Below, in pieces: positions 20,118-28,468 of a stretch of DNA of 32,000 bases. The position numbers and the translations under genes were made by a program. The notes below the pieces were generated by a model. It searched no databases. It had not been told where the DNA came from and saw only the letters and a program-made list of their open reading frames with translations. Source of the stretch: Aeropyrum pernix K1 (GTDB lineage Archaea > Thermoproteota > Thermoprotei_A > Sulfolobales > Acidilobaceae). Every line of letters begins with the position of its first letter. The first letter of the stretch is position 1. The stretch covers positions 1,050,001 through 1,082,000 of the forward strand of contig NC_000854.2 of NCBI RefSeq assembly GCF_000011125.1, read 5' to 3'.

Positions 20118-20468
20118 ATGAGTGGCGGGTTTTTCGAGGTATGCGGAAGCACAGAGATAAGCGTTGCATTGACTGCCTCGAAACTGGGATACACCAGGCT
20201 TCACGGACATGACATAACTGTCACAGCCTGCTACTGCGGCCCTCCCCTTGACACTGAGAAGATAGTGGCCGTCCTCGAAGAAGCTCTAGGCGCCGTTAGT
20301 AGGGGCAGCCTCGAAGAAGCTCTGGGGGAGTCTGGTGCTATAGCAGAGGACCTCCTTAGATGGCTGTCTCGCAGGCTTCCGGAGAGGATAGAGAGTTCGG
20401 TAATCTGCCTGCTAGAAGCGAGGTGGGGCAGGCTACCAAGGATTGTCAGGCTAAGGCTGAGGCAGTAA
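20118..20468 (+). CDS. Hypothetical protein, possibly a degenerate 6-pyruvoyl-tetrahydropterin synthase/QueD-like fold
   Basis: The 116-aa product has RLHGHDITVTACYCG, which resembles the (C)xxxLHGHxFxV strand of PTPS/QueD. AIAEDLLRWLSRRL resembles the PTSEVLAxWI helix. The upstream AAH and DHxxLN catalytic segments are not conserved. It lies 16 bp after gcvT and has an SD-like GGAGAAGG. Confidence 0.35.
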   Translation: MSGGFFEVCGSTEISVALTASKLGYTRLHGHDITVTACYCGPPLDTEKIVAVLEEALGAVSRGSLEEALGESGAIAEDLLRWLSRRLPERIESSVICLLEARWGRLPRIVRLRLRQ

Positions 20469-20482
20469 TACTGAACACCATC

Positions 20483-21034
20483 CTATACCTCAACGTAGGG
20501 AGGCATACACTCGAACCCCAGAGTAGCCAGCTTCAACCCACCCAGGCCGAGCTTCGCGGAGTAGCCTTCGGGTAGTGCAAGTGGCCCGCCTAGCCTACTC
20601 GCGAACTCTAGCCTCCCAGAGAGCAGGCTAGACCAGATCTCGAGAATATCCCTATCGTCAACGCGCCTAACATCCCCTACTCCCGCGGCTAGATCCACTG
20701 GCATCCTGCTGCTATAGAACCTCGATATAGGTGCTTCGCCGCACTTGCTATACAGTATCAGGCCGCCATATATGGTTGCGTACGCAGCCGCCCTCTCATA
20801 TTGGCTCTCCAGCTCCTCTATCGCCTCCGAACCCTCTAAGAACGCCTTAAACCCTATCTGGAGCACCCTGTAGACGGGCTCGCGGGCTATCCCTTCTAGA
20901 GGCTTTTGTCCTACTCTGACAACTCCAGCTATGATGAGGCAGCTGCCCTCAAAACCCAGTACAACAGGAAGTGAGACCCTGCATAGGGCATCCCCTATCC
21001 TAACCATGGACCCTGGCTCCAGCCTGCTAGCCAA
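20483..21034 (-). CDS. Hypothetical protein (175-183 aa)
   Basis: This is the last gene of a tightly packed three-gene minus-strand unit. The start is either TTG 21034 or ATG 21007. I recognised no motif. Confidence 0.45.
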   Translation of the reverse strand: MASRLEPGSMVRIGDALCRVSLPVVLGFEGSCLIIAGVVRVGQKPLEGIAREPVYRVLQIGFKAFLEGSEAIEELESQYERAAAYATIYGGLILYSKCGEAPISRFYSSRMPVDLAAGVGDVRRVDDRDILEIWSSLLSGRLEFASRLGGPLALPEGYSAKLGLGGLKLATLGFECMPPYVEV

Positions 21035-21063
21035 ACCATGACACCCGGCTGAGCCGCCCTTGG

Positions 21064-21567
21064 CTACATATAGCCCTCATCGACGCCCCTGGGTGCCCTG
21101 ACAGTCTGGGATAGCTGGTTCAGCTTTAAAACGGTGACGAGGAACATGTTGACCAGGGTCACAGAGGCATCAATAAGAGACTGTCTAGTTAGGCTGTCCG
21201 AGTATAGCTCTCTAGATATCAGTATGGTCTGTAGATCCCTGGGGTTCGGCTGCGCTATAACCCTACAGTGGGGGCACAGAGCTATCAAGTCTCTCACCAG
21301 CGATACGGCGAACTCCTCCCTAGCACCGGGCCCTAGCTTCGAAAGCGCCTCCCTATGCTTCTGCGAGAGAGCTATACCTATGGTGACAGCCACCACATCC
21401 CTCCCACGCGGCTTCTGTATAACCAGAGCCACCTTAACTGGCGCCTGTGTCTCGGCCTTGATGGCCCAGTCGAGAGGGGCGTTTTTTGGGAGGCTCTTCA
21501 CACTCACGTTGAACTCGTCAGCCAGCCACGCCAGGATCTTGTTCTTCAAGTCTAAAGGCTCATCCAC
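21064..21567 (-). CDS. Hypothetical protein (167 aa), possibly a YbjN/DUF2299-like alpha-beta fold
   Basis: The GTG start overlaps the upstream gene by 16 nt. The pattern KILAWLADEFNVSVKSLPKNAPLDWAIKAE...VALVIQKP...VAVTIGIALS is reminiscent of YbjN-type proteins. That is only a visual impression. Confidence 0.4.
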   Translation of the reverse strand: MDEPLDLKNKILAWLADEFNVSVKSLPKNAPLDWAIKAETQAPVKVALVIQKPRGRDVVAVTIGIALSQKHREALSKLGPGAREEFAVSLVRDLIALCPHCRVIAQPNPRDLQTILISRELYSDSLTRQSLIDASVTLVNMFLVTVLKLNQLSQTVRAPRGVDEGYM

Positions 21568-22358
21568 TCCCGATCACCCAGTATTCCAGTCTGCTCTCTC
21601 TCGACCCTCCTTATTAGGGCTGGCCCCGTTTTCAGCAGGAAGTCCTCCGCCTCGCCCACTTCACGATAACCCGCAACGAGCCTGGGATCGGCTGGAAGCC
21701 CAACCCTGCCTAAGCTTCCCTTAGCCAGCAGCCATAGCCTAAATCCTCCTGAAGAAACGATAGACTCTAGACCACCTGGGTCGAGGGTGCCCCCGCGCGC
21801 CCACCACAGCTCCCTGACAAAACCTATGGCCAGTGCCCTGGCCAGCTTGCCGCTCCACTCGCTATAAAGCTCGCTGGCCCTGGCCTCGACAGATTTGAGT
21901 ACGTCACGGGGGTTCAAGCCGGAGAGGGGGCTCCTCACAGCGGCTGACGCTAGGCTCACGTCCAGAACAGGCTCTAGGCTTTGAGAAAGCACGGCGATGC
22001 TCGAGGCTAGGCTGCTGTGAAGAATAGTCTCCATGAAGGCTTCAACCGGATCGCCAACATCTATCTTAGACCCTTTGACGGCAGACTCTATTACAACGGG
22101 GTCAACAGGGTCTCCAGCGAGGACCTCACCATCGAAAAGGACCCAGGGCACGCTCCATATGAGGCGTCCGCGCTCGTCCAGGGGGGCCTTTGCCTCGACT
22201 ATCTCCACCCTCTCTAGGAGGCCCTTCTCTCTTAGGCCTCTGAAGAGGCTGTAGCTCGAGGCGCACGTCTTGTGCACATAAATCTTAACCCTTATCCCCT
22301 GCAAAAGCAACCCCTTACCCAGGGGGTATGAATTAGAGTTTTTAGCACTAAACCCCAT
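21552..22358 (-). CDS. Glutaredoxin/thioredoxin-fold protein with a monothiol CxxS motif plus a ~170-aa helical C-terminal domain
   Basis: VKIYVHKTCASSY (CxxS) is followed ~38 residues later by SVPWVLFDGEVLAGDPVD. This matches the cis-Pro and G-G-x-dd pattern of glutaredoxin/NrdH folds. The start may be ATG 22358 or an in-frame TTG near 22310. Confidence 0.5.
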   Translation of the reverse strand: MGFSAKNSNSYPLGKGLLLQGIRVKIYVHKTCASSYSLFRGLREKGLLERVEIVEAKAPLDERGRLIWSVPWVLFDGEVLAGDPVDPVVIESAVKGSKIDVGDPVEAFMETILHSSLASSIAVLSQSLEPVLDVSLASAAVRSPLSGLNPRDVLKSVEARASELYSEWSGKLARALAIGFVRELWWARGGTLDPGGLESIVSSGGFRLWLLAKGSLGRVGLPADPRLVAGYREVGEAEDFLLKTGPALIRRVEREQTGILGDREWMSL

Positions 22359-22392
22359 ACTTTAACAGTGGTTAAAATAAGGGTGGACTGTT

Positions 22393-23154
22393 ATGGGTCT
22401 CGAGGTTAAAGGCCTGACGGCCAAGATCGGGGAGAAAGTTGTGTTGAACAAGGTCGACTTCGACCTCAAATATGGGGAAGTGCACGCGGTAATGGGCCCC
22501 AACGGCAGCGGCAAGTCGAGCCTCGGCTACGTTATAATGGGTAGGGAGATATATGAGGTTGTAGAGGGAGACATCCTCCTCGACGGCGAGAGTATAAAGG
22601 AGCTTCCTCCCGAGGAGCGGGCGCTCAAAGGCATCTTCATGGCGCAGCAGGACCCGCCTCAGATACCGGGTGTAAGGCTGAGTAGCCTCATAATAGCGTT
22701 CGTTAACAAACGCCTAGGCGCCCAGGACCTCAGCAAGCCCGCGGACCCCAAAATCGTCAAGAGGATGTACGAGTACGCCACAAAACTTGGCCTGGACAGG
22801 GAGATCCTGAACCGGGAGGTGAACGTGGGCTTCAGCGGTGGAGAGAAGAAGAGGAGCGAGCTACTTCAGGCTATGATATTCGACCCGAAAATCGTGATAC
22901 TCGACGAGCCCGACTCCGGTCTTGACATTGACGGTCTAAAGATAGTTGCGGAGTTTATAAAGCAGCTTAGAGACTCGGGGAGGGGTGTAATGCTAATCAC
23001 ACACTACGCCCGCCTCCTAAACTTTGTCGAGCCCGACAGGGTTACAGTGCTCTACAGAGGCTCTGTGCTGGCGAGGGGCGGAGCGGAGCTGGCTAGACAG
23101 GTTGAGGAGAAAGGGTACGCACAGCTCTACAGAATGCTGGCTAAGAGCAGGTAG
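22393..23154 (+). CDS. sufC: Fe-S cluster assembly ATPase SufC
   Basis: It has Walker A GPNGSGKSS, the ABC signature FSGGEKKR and Walker B ILDEPDSGLDID. There is no TM domain, and GGGTGG lies upstream. Confidence 0.92.
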   Translation: MGLEVKGLTAKIGEKVVLNKVDFDLKYGEVHAVMGPNGSGKSSLGYVIMGREIYEVVEGDILLDGESIKELPPEERALKGIFMAQQDPPQIPGVRLSSLIIAFVNKRLGAQDLSKPADPKIVKRMYEYATKLGLDREILNREVNVGFSGGEKKRSELLQAMIFDPKIVILDEPDSGLDIDGLKIVAEFIKQLRDSGRGVMLITHYARLLNFVEPDRVTVLYRGSVLARGGAELARQVEEKGYAQLYRMLAKSR

Positions 23155-23222
23155 AGGGATATATGTGACGATAAAAGGGGGGTGCGCCATAGTTTATTTA
23201 ACGGGGTTAAAGGTGGTGTGTC

Positions 23223-24653
23223 ATGGGTGAGATGGTAGAGCTTAAGAAAGAGCTCTTGAGGGATGTGGATCTCGCAGAGCGTCTCCTGGGGAGGGAGAGG
23301 CCTGTTAAGAGTGAGATCGAGATCAGGGGTAAGATCACTAGGAGCACTATAGAAGAGATAAGCAGGATTAAAAAGGAGCCGGAGTGGATGAAGAGGCTGA
23401 GGCTAAGGAGCCTAGAGCTCTTCTATAAGCTGCCCACGCCGAAGTGGCTGGTAGGCATAGATGTTATAGATCTTGACGAGATGATAGTTTACTCGAAGCC
23501 CGAGACTGAAAGGGCTTCGAGCTGGGAGGAGCTTCCGAAGGAGATTAGAGAGTTCTATGAGAGGCTAGGCCTGCCCGAGATAGAGGCCAGGTTCCTGAGC
23601 GGCCTGAGTGCGGTTTTCGACAGCGAGACGGTATATGCCAGGGTGAAGAAGTATCTCGAGGAGAAGGGCGTCATAGTAATGCCCATCGAGGAGGCTGTCC
23701 AGAAGTATCCTGACCTGGTTAAAAGGTATTTCATGAGAGTCTTCCCGCCGAGCGACCACAAGTTCGCGGCACTCCACGGCGCACTGTGGAGCGGGGGCAC
23801 CTTCATATATGTGCCGCGCGGCGTTAAGATCAGGGAGCCCATAGAGAGCTTCTTCCTTATAGGCAAGAGTGGAGAGGGCCAGTTCGAGCACAGCCTCATA
23901 GTGGCTGATGAGGGGGCCTATGTTGAGTGGATCGAGGGGTGCAGCGCCCCGAGGCTGACAAAGTTTAGCTTCCACGACGGCATGGTGGAGGCTTACGCCC
24001 ACAGGAACGCCACTATAAAGATCATAACTGTTCAGAACTGGAGCAAGGACGTGATAAACCTGAACAACAAGAGGGCTATAGCAGAGGAGGGCGCCAGGGT
24101 AGACTGGGTTGAGGGCAGCATCGGGAGCAAGATGACTTTCGTCTACCCAAGCACTATACTTAAGGGTGACAACAGCTCTAGTAGGAGCGCTGTGGTGACT
24201 ATAGCCAAGGGCCCCTACCTAAAGGACAGTGGAAGCAAGATGATTCATGTCGGCAGGAATACGAGGAGCCAGGTGATAAATAAGACGATAAGCGCTGACG
24301 GCGGCATCAACGTCTACAGAGGCATAATAAGGATAGTCAAGGGGGCGAGGAACGCCGTAGCTAACGTGGAGTGTGAGTCACTGATACTCGACGACAAGAG
24401 CAAGGCCCACACCTACCCGCATAACCAGGTGGACGAGCCCACGGCCAGCGTTAACCATGAAGCAACAACAGGGAGGTTGACAGAGCCGCAGCTCTTCTAT
24501 CTAACAAGCAGAGGTTTGACCGAGGAGGAGGCTAAGAGTCTGATAGTGCTCGGCTTCCTGGAGGACGTGCTTAAGGAGCTTCCGTTCGAGTACGCTAATG
24601 TGCTGACGAAGGTTGTAAGGCTCGAGTTCAGCGAGTATGGCGCATTCGGCTAG
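23223..24653 (+). CDS. sufB: Fe-S cluster assembly scaffold protein SufB
   Basis: The 476-aa product belongs to the SufB/SufD beta-helix family and has the C-terminal ...HEATTGRL.E.QLFYL.SRGL.EEEA... segment. It follows sufC, with AGGTGGTG upstream. Confidence 0.9.
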   Translation: MGEMVELKKELLRDVDLAERLLGRERPVKSEIEIRGKITRSTIEEISRIKKEPEWMKRLRLRSLELFYKLPTPKWLVGIDVIDLDEMIVYSKPETERASSWEELPKEIREFYERLGLPEIEARFLSGLSAVFDSETVYARVKKYLEEKGVIVMPIEEAVQKYPDLVKRYFMRVFPPSDHKFAALHGALWSGGTFIYVPRGVKIREPIESFFLIGKSGEGQFEHSLIVADEGAYVEWIEGCSAPRLTKFSFHDGMVEAYAHRNATIKIITVQNWSKDVINLNNKRAIAEEGARVDWVEGSIGSKMTFVYPSTILKGDNSSSRSAVVTIAKGPYLKDSGSKMIHVGRNTRSQVINKTISADGGINVYRGIIRIVKGARNAVANVECESLILDDKSKAHTYPHNQVDEPTASVNHEATTGRLTEPQLFYLTSRGLTEEEAKSLIVLGFLEDVLKELPFEYANVLTKVVRLEFSEYGAFG

Positions 24654-24700
24654 ACTATGGGTAACACAAAGTTGCTGAGGGTTTTAGAGCGTGGTGAGCC

Positions 24701-25876
24701 ATGGCTTCCAGTATTATAGCTAGAGAGGAACTTAGGAAGCTCGTTAAGGAGCTTCCCTTCCAGGAGATAGCCGATACACCCACGGTCAAGTACTACACCG
24801 ACTGGAAGGTCTACGAGAAGCTGATGGACCTTGACTACGCAGAGTCGGTGGACACTCTTCCAGAGCATATAGCTAGGAGTATACAGCATAAGCCTGCAAT
24901 CCACCTGGGAAGCGACTTAACAGTTGGTGTGCTGCCTAAGGGTGTCAAAGCAGAGAAGTTCGACCTAGAGACGGCGGCCAGCATGGAGGGTCTCAAGCCT
25001 TTCACCCTCGTCAGAGCTGACGGAGGTAGGATGCAGGCGTATCACGCCCTCCGGTTTAACCTCGGTGTGAAGATTACGGTAGAGCCGGGCACGGATTTCG
25101 GGAGCCTCGCTATAGCAAGCCTCGGCGGCCAGGGCTACCTGGGCCACCATGTAGTTATCGAGGTGGGCGAGGGTGCTAAGGGCGAGATAATCTACATAGA
25201 CTACAGTGTCTCCCCTGGTTTGAAGACCACCGTTGTGGAGGCCAGGATGGGTCGGGACGCGGAGGTCGAGGTGACCAATATAGTCCTTCATGGTAGTAGA
25301 AGCGCCGTTTACACGCTACGAGGCTTCGAGGTCCTCGACAAAGCATCTCTAGAACAGTACTACCTGATAAGCGGGGGCCGGATGACCAGGTTCCAGGATG
25401 ACAACCTGCTCGACGGCAGGCTATCCAGCCTAAAGGCTCTGGCCAGTACAGTTGCTAGGCCCAACACGGCCAGCGATGTCATAATAAGTAGCCTCCACAA
25501 CGGTCCCGAGAGCGATGGAGAGGTTAGGGCAAGGGGTGTTGTAGTGGGCAACGGCTATCTAGCCCAGCGTGGTGTAGCGATGCTGGGCGAAACCGCTAGG
25601 CTAGCAGCCTCCGAGGTGGAGAGCTATATATTTCTGTTGAGCGAGAAGGGCAAGGGGTACGCCGTGCCAGTGCTTGAGATACACACGGGAGAGATAACCA
25701 GGGCGGGCCACTCTGCCGCCGTAGCCAGCCTTGCTGAGGACACGATATTCTATCTAAAGAGCAGGGGCCTCGACGATAAGGATATAGTAACACTGGTAAT
25801 GGAGGGTATAACGAGGTTCTCAGGCGTCCTCGAGAAGATGGAAATACCTTTCAACTGGCTCATAAACCTTGAATAG
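24701..25876 (+). CDS. sufD: Fe-S cluster assembly protein SufD
   Basis: This is the second SufB/D-family paralog, with ...HSAAVASLAEDTIFYLKSRGLD... It sits directly after sufB, with GGTGA upstream. Confidence 0.85.
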   Translation: MASSIIAREELRKLVKELPFQEIADTPTVKYYTDWKVYEKLMDLDYAESVDTLPEHIARSIQHKPAIHLGSDLTVGVLPKGVKAEKFDLETAASMEGLKPFTLVRADGGRMQAYHALRFNLGVKITVEPGTDFGSLAIASLGGQGYLGHHVVIEVGEGAKGEIIYIDYSVSPGLKTTVVEARMGRDAEVEVTNIVLHGSRSAVYTLRGFEVLDKASLEQYYLISGGRMTRFQDDNLLDGRLSSLKALASTVARPNTASDVIISSLHNGPESDGEVRARGVVVGNGYLAQRGVAMLGETARLAASEVESYIFLLSEKGKGYAVPVLEIHTGEITRAGHSAAVASLAEDTIFYLKSRGLDDKDIVTLVMEGITRFSGVLEKMEIPFNWLINLE

Positions 25877-25894
25877 CTTGAATAGGATAGTCAG

Positions 25895-25925
25895 TGTTGG
25901 AGAAAATTGGAAGAATAAAGATATG
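25895..25925 (-). terminator. T-rich tract downstream of the coiled-coil gene (minus strand: CTTTATTCTTCCAATTTTCTCC)
   Basis: Read on the minus strand directly after the TAG stop (25942-25944), in the 65-bp convergent spacer with sufD. Confidence 0.3.
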
Positions 25926-25941
25926 TTTTGAAGGGAGGCTG

Positions 25942-28317
25942 CTACTCTCCCAGCCTCTGTCTAGCCTCTTCTAGCTTCATTTCAGCCTCGTTTAGCAGAT
26001 CCTCAGCCTGGCCTATAGCTTCTCTAGCCTCGCCCAGCTTTCCATCACCCAGTTTGTCCGTAGCATCCTGCAGCTTCTCAATAGCCTCTTCAATATTACT
26101 TCTCGCCTCTTCTATCAGGCGTAGAGCCTCCCTATCTCCCATTCTCCTCGCCTTGGCTTCAAGCATGGCTGCCTCTGTGTTGAGTTCAGCAGCCTTCTCC
26201 CGAAGCTCCTCTATTAGCCTCCTCAATTCATCTATTAGATCTCCTATTGCCTGCTCCACCATACTCCTTATATCCCTCACCATTGATACAGCCTCTTCTA
26301 TTACATCTCTGGCTTCTCCGAGCTTTTGTCTTGCACCATCTATATCACCCTCTTTCGCGAGGCTATCAGCCTCCTCTAGAAGACTCCTGGCCTGGTCGAG
26401 CTTCCCAAGGACCTCATCTATAGCTGCCTGTATCTCTTCAGTTAGTACACCAGCCTCTCTAGCCTTCTCTGCTATATCCTCGATCTCCTCCTGTAAATCT
26501 TTCACCCTGTCAAGCAGCTCTTCCACCTGGTTGAGGACCTCGGAAACGGCTTCCTGAGCGGCTTCAATAGCTTTCTCCGCAAGCTCCTTGGCTTCTTCAG
26601 CGATTGAAGCTGCTTCCTCGGCCAGCACTATAGCCTCGCCATAACGGCCATTACTGTAAGCCTCCTTCGCCGCTTCAAGCTTCTCCTTCGCCTCCTCCAG
26701 CCTGTTTAGAGCCTCTTCAACAGCCTCAGATCCTGATAGCTGGGCTGCCAGCTGGAGCTTCGCCTCAGCTTTAGCCAGCGCCTCCTCAGCCTCCTCTATA
26801 GCCTCCCTAGCCCGCTCCGCATATTCTTCGACCACCTCTAGTATAGCTTCAGCTGTATCGAGTTTGCTGTCGGCCTTTTCTAGGGCAGCCTCTGCCTGGG
26901 CTATCTTCTCCTTAGCCTCTGCAATCCTCCCCTCGTCCAGCAGGCTCCTCGCCTCTGCTAGCAGGGAAGAGGCTCTATCTATGAGAGCCCCAGCTTCATC
27001 CAGTATCTCCTGTACTTCGCCCTGGTTCGCACTGGCAGCCTTCTGCTGTAGCGTCTCGAGCTCCTCCATGAGCTCCCCGATTTCAATCTCAACCTCCGTT
27101 AACTCTGCAAGAACCTCTGCTGCTTCCGTCTCCTCAGCTTCCCTGGTAGTTGTAGTCGTTATGGTAGTGATGGTAGTCTCTGTTGCTGTTTCCACTGCCG
27201 TCCCAGTCTCGGTGGTCGGGCCGCTGAGGAGAATTACCTCTGCTGCCGAGGCTAGGGCCTGGGCCTTGGATAGGTAGCCTTGCGCTCTTGCAATCTCTCT
27301 CATTACCTCGCCAACCTTAGCTCCTTCTTGTAGGAGAATGTAAGCCCTGTCAAGCCTCTCCCTGGCCTTCGCAAGGGCTTCTTCAGCCTCCTCCAATAGC
27401 TTCTGCGCCTCAGGGTTTTGGTCAAGCTCAGCGCCGTACTCCCCTTTTATCGCCTCTATCTTGGCACCAACTTCCTGATAGATTGCCTCGAGCTTCTGCA
27501 ATCTAGCCTCCATTATCTTCTGGACTACAGCCTTACCAACACCGCTCCCGTGGTCTCCAAGAGTCGAAGTAGAGGCTGCTACACTTTCTAATATAGACCT
27601 TGCCAAGAGTATACCGCTGAGAGCGCTGTCAAGGGCTGCCTCCACCTCGCCACCATCTTCGGCCTCAATCTCCGCCTTCAACGTCTCGAGCTTGGAAGCG
27701 ACTTCGCCCAGTATTTCTATAGCACGCTCTACACCCACAGCCTGAGTAGAGCCGACTGCCGCTACCTCTATCGCACCAGCCGATTCAACTGCAGCCTCTA
27801 CAGCGACGAGTATGTCTACAGCTTTACCTGGGTCGCCCCTCGCAGCCTCTCTTAGGGCTTTCGCGAGATCAAGCAGTATAGGATCTCCCTTATCCTTCCC
27901 CAGCTTCTCGAGAACTAGTGATGCCCTTGCCAAAACCTCCCTTGTCTTAACCTGCTTGACCGCCTCATCGTCAATCCTCTCTGCTATTAAAAGTCCTATC
28001 TTTTCATTAATTGCCATTCCTAGCTCCGCGAGCCTCTCTGCCTCGCTGGGCGAAAGAGAACGTACATCTTCCAACGAGGCTATCTCCTCCACAATCTCCC
28101 TTTCATCTTCACTCAGCATCTGCAATAGCCAGGCATGCCTCTCTAGGACAAGCTTGAAATTTATAGAGAGGACCTCTAGGGCTATATATGGGCTAACGCT
28201 GAGATCTACATTAGCACCCCTGTTTTCCTGTGCTACTGCAACGGCTGGGGCCACGGTTGGTAGTAGTATAGCAAACACTAGTGCAACCCCAACCAGTCTC
28301 AAAACGCTAACACTCAT
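25942..28317 (-). CDS. Secreted Ala/Glu/Leu-rich coiled-coil repeat protein (791 aa) with a central Thr-rich linker
   Basis: It has an N-terminal signal-like segment (MSVSVLRLVGVALVFAILLPTVAPAVAVAQ) and no other hydrophobic helix. Long heptad-like helical sequence makes up the rest. Five to six copies of a ~45-aa module end in A-x2-L-x2-(E/D/N)G-x3-(E/G)A... A strong SD GAGGTGGG and a TATA-like box lie upstream. Confidence 0.75.
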   Translation of the reverse strand: MSVSVLRLVGVALVFAILLPTVAPAVAVAQENRGANVDLSVSPYIALEVLSINFKLVLERHAWLLQMLSEDEREIVEEIASLEDVRSLSPSEAERLAELGMAINEKIGLLIAERIDDEAVKQVKTREVLARASLVLEKLGKDKGDPILLDLAKALREAARGDPGKAVDILVAVEAAVESAGAIEVAAVGSTQAVGVERAIEILGEVASKLETLKAEIEAEDGGEVEAALDSALSGILLARSILESVAASTSTLGDHGSGVGKAVVQKIMEARLQKLEAIYQEVGAKIEAIKGEYGAELDQNPEAQKLLEEAEEALAKARERLDRAYILLQEGAKVGEVMREIARAQGYLSKAQALASAAEVILLSGPTTETGTAVETATETTITTITTTTTREAEETEAAEVLAELTEVEIEIGELMEELETLQQKAASANQGEVQEILDEAGALIDRASSLLAEARSLLDEGRIAEAKEKIAQAEAALEKADSKLDTAEAILEVVEEYAERAREAIEEAEEALAKAEAKLQLAAQLSGSEAVEEALNRLEEAKEKLEAAKEAYSNGRYGEAIVLAEEAASIAEEAKELAEKAIEAAQEAVSEVLNQVEELLDRVKDLQEEIEDIAEKAREAGVLTEEIQAAIDEVLGKLDQARSLLEEADSLAKEGDIDGARQKLGEARDVIEEAVSMVRDIRSMVEQAIGDLIDELRRLIEELREKAAELNTEAAMLEAKARRMGDREALRLIEEARSNIEEAIEKLQDATDKLGDGKLGEAREAIGQAEDLLNEAEMKLEEARQRLGE
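27145..27216 (-). repeat. Thr-codon low-complexity tract encoding TTETGTAVETATETTITTITTTTT (residues 368-391 of the coiled-coil protein)
   Basis: Direct translation of the minus strand shows an imperfect ACN/GGT-rich reiteration (ggtagt... on the plus strand). Confidence 0.8.
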
Positions 28318-28363
28318 GTTATCCCACCTCAGAGCTTCCGCAAAACCGGGTAAACTTGGTTCC

Positions 28364-28373
28364 TAATTTAAAA
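28364..28373 (-). promoter_or_regulatory. TATA-like box for the coiled-coil gene
   Basis: TTTTAAATTA on the minus strand lies ~47-56 bp upstream of ATG 28317, with SD GAGGTGGG in between. It is flanked by the inverted GTTCC (28359-63) and GGAAC (28380-84). Confidence 0.4.
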
Positions 28374-28416
28374 CCCCCTGGAACAACAGCTTTAGCGCCT
28401 GGTTCCACCTGGTGTG

Positions 28417-28426
28417 GGAACGTTCC
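28417..28426. promoter_or_regulatory. Perfect 10-bp palindrome GGAACGTTCC, a candidate operator
   Basis: It is read directly from the sequence and lies centrally between the two divergent promoters. It is one of six GGAAC/GTTCC pentamers in the 191-bp spacer. Confidence 0.4.
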
Positions 28427-28460
28427 GCTACTCGGGAAGTTTCGGGTTTGTAGCTATTCT

Positions 28461-28468
28461 TATTAAAA
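28461..28468 (+). promoter_or_regulatory. TATA-like box for the membrane wHTH gene
   Basis: TATTAAAA lies 41-48 bp upstream of ATG 28509. GGGGTG, an SD-like motif, sits at 28495-28500. Confidence 0.4.

Noticed and set aside
22359-22392. A single shared bidirectional TATA box (TTAAAATAA at 22372-22380) for sufC and the divergent operon.
   Set aside because: The geometry is too tight for both annotated ATGs, because the TATA-to-start distance is under 25 bp on each side. Interpretation depends on unresolved start codons, so it is not called as a feature.
25928-26557. A 209-aa Ser/Ala/Leu-rich ORF on the plus strand, together with 26864-27277 and 27812-28366.
   Set aside because: These are antisense shadows of the GAG/GCT/CTC-rich coiled-coil gene. 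Their composition is extremely low in complexity, and they lack start context and any motif.
27145-27216. The ggtagt-type reiteration looked like a microsatellite or contingency repeat.
   Set aside because: It is imperfect and in frame, and simply encodes a Thr-rich linker. There is no evidence of slippage-prone perfect repeats.
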